Source: Chlorokybus atmophyticus (Eukaryota > Plantae > Mesostigma and Chlorokybus algae). From it: a stretch of DNA of 64,000 bases. Below the pieces are notes generated by a model. That model saw only the letters and a list, made by a program, of their open reading frames with translations, was not told the origin of the DNA and ran no database searches. Position 1 is the first letter of the stretch; the number at the start of each line of letters is the position of its first letter. The position numbers were made by a program, and so were the translations under genes. Of this stretch, positions 63,033-64,000 are shown one piece after another. The stretch is from positions 350,537 through 414,536 of the forward strand of contig RHPI01003156.1 of NCBI GenBank assembly GCA_009103225.1, given 5' to 3'.

Positions 63033-64000
63033 TTTGCCGCGGACTGCAACAGCGAGGAGCGAAGAGGAGGTGGCGGCGGTGAAGGTCGCCAAGCAGGAGG
63101 AGGAGGAGAACGTGCAGGATGAGGCGGAGGAGCAGGACGTCGTCACCGTTGAGGTCGCTGGCCGTGTGGGCTTCGTCCGTACTAAGTCTGCTGCACGACG
63201 CACTGTACCGGACACGTGAGCACCGACTGTGGGCGCTTGAAGCAACTGTCGGCGCACTCCGTGCGTCGGCGCGAGAGCGAGCGAAAGCGAGAGCGAAAGC
63301 AAGAGCGAGAGCGAGCCAGCTTCCACAGCTCTAGCCTAATGCTCATGCATAAAGTCTGAGGCAGTCGCCGCGCTTGCTTAGCATGACGGGGTGTGCGTGT
63401 TGGGACTGTGTGTTGTTTGTGTACTGTTGAGCAGGTAGATATGGTGGCAGCACTGACAGCGGACGCTTGTATCAACAAAATTAGAGGGTACACATAACAT
63501 CGTGGGTTGCCTACTATTAGCTTAAATTTCGATGGGGCTATTATATCTTATTAAGTGTTTGGCTTACATGTTGCTGCTGATTTGCCTAGTCTTAAAGCTA
63601 TACCATAGCCTTGCTTGGCAGTCTTGCTGTTGTTGCCGGCCTTGTGGCCTTACGGTCGTGTTGGCTGATCTCAATGAAGTTCTTGTGCTGTGCTGCTATG
63701 CTGCTTTAAAGAGGCCGCTGCTATATTATATGCACTACGTATCCTATATATACCAGGGGCGTGTGCCAATGCGTCCGGATGGTTGCTGCTACCAATTGAT
63801 GGTTTGCTCTCCTTGCTGCATGTTAGACTTATAGGTTTTAATTATCGTGCGCATTATCACATATATCACGTATGCGCAAGGCATAAATAAGTGCAATGCG
63901 TGAGGTCATCATTAATACATAATATATGTACGCAGGATTGTTTTGTAGAGCCAAGGTCCCAATGGTCATTGCATGATGTTTCAAATAATGATGTTTGCGT

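Noticed and set aside
63033-63326. Signal-peptide-like upstream extension of GT77 (MEAGSLSLLLSLSL...)
   Set aside because: Starts at GTG and derives from GAGCGA repeats in the 5' UTR; the first ATG is at 63032.

Overview
Eukaryotic, intron-containing DNA, most consistent with a green alga or early-diverging streptophyte (inferred from the PRR/TOC1-type clock gene, the GT77 glycosyltransferase, GT-AG introns and the TE types). No prokaryotic features were found. Four intact-looking host genes can be built: an inverted, convergent pair of two-exon paralogues encoding ~300-aa secreted Cys-rich proteins (5755-6901 +, 9288-10396 -), a six-exon ~1023-aa pseudo-response regulator with a long Q-rich linker (52372-56526 +), and a multi-exon XEG113-like GT77 glycosyltransferase (58791-63032 -). 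Bases 1-3400 and ~18.3-50.2 kb are decayed, nested transposons. The most notable element is a fragmented Ty3/gypsy retrotransposon whose pol carries a complete cytosine-5 DNA methyltransferase domain (motifs I, IV, VI, VIII and X recognisable, ~27400-28350) between protease and RT, and a PHD finger after integrase. Removing a copia nest (28820-39512) and a hAT-like insertion (40344-47458) rejoins it in frame as gag-PR-DNMT-RT-RH-INT-PHD-LTR. This copy is pseudogenised. All calls were made by eye; no searches were run.
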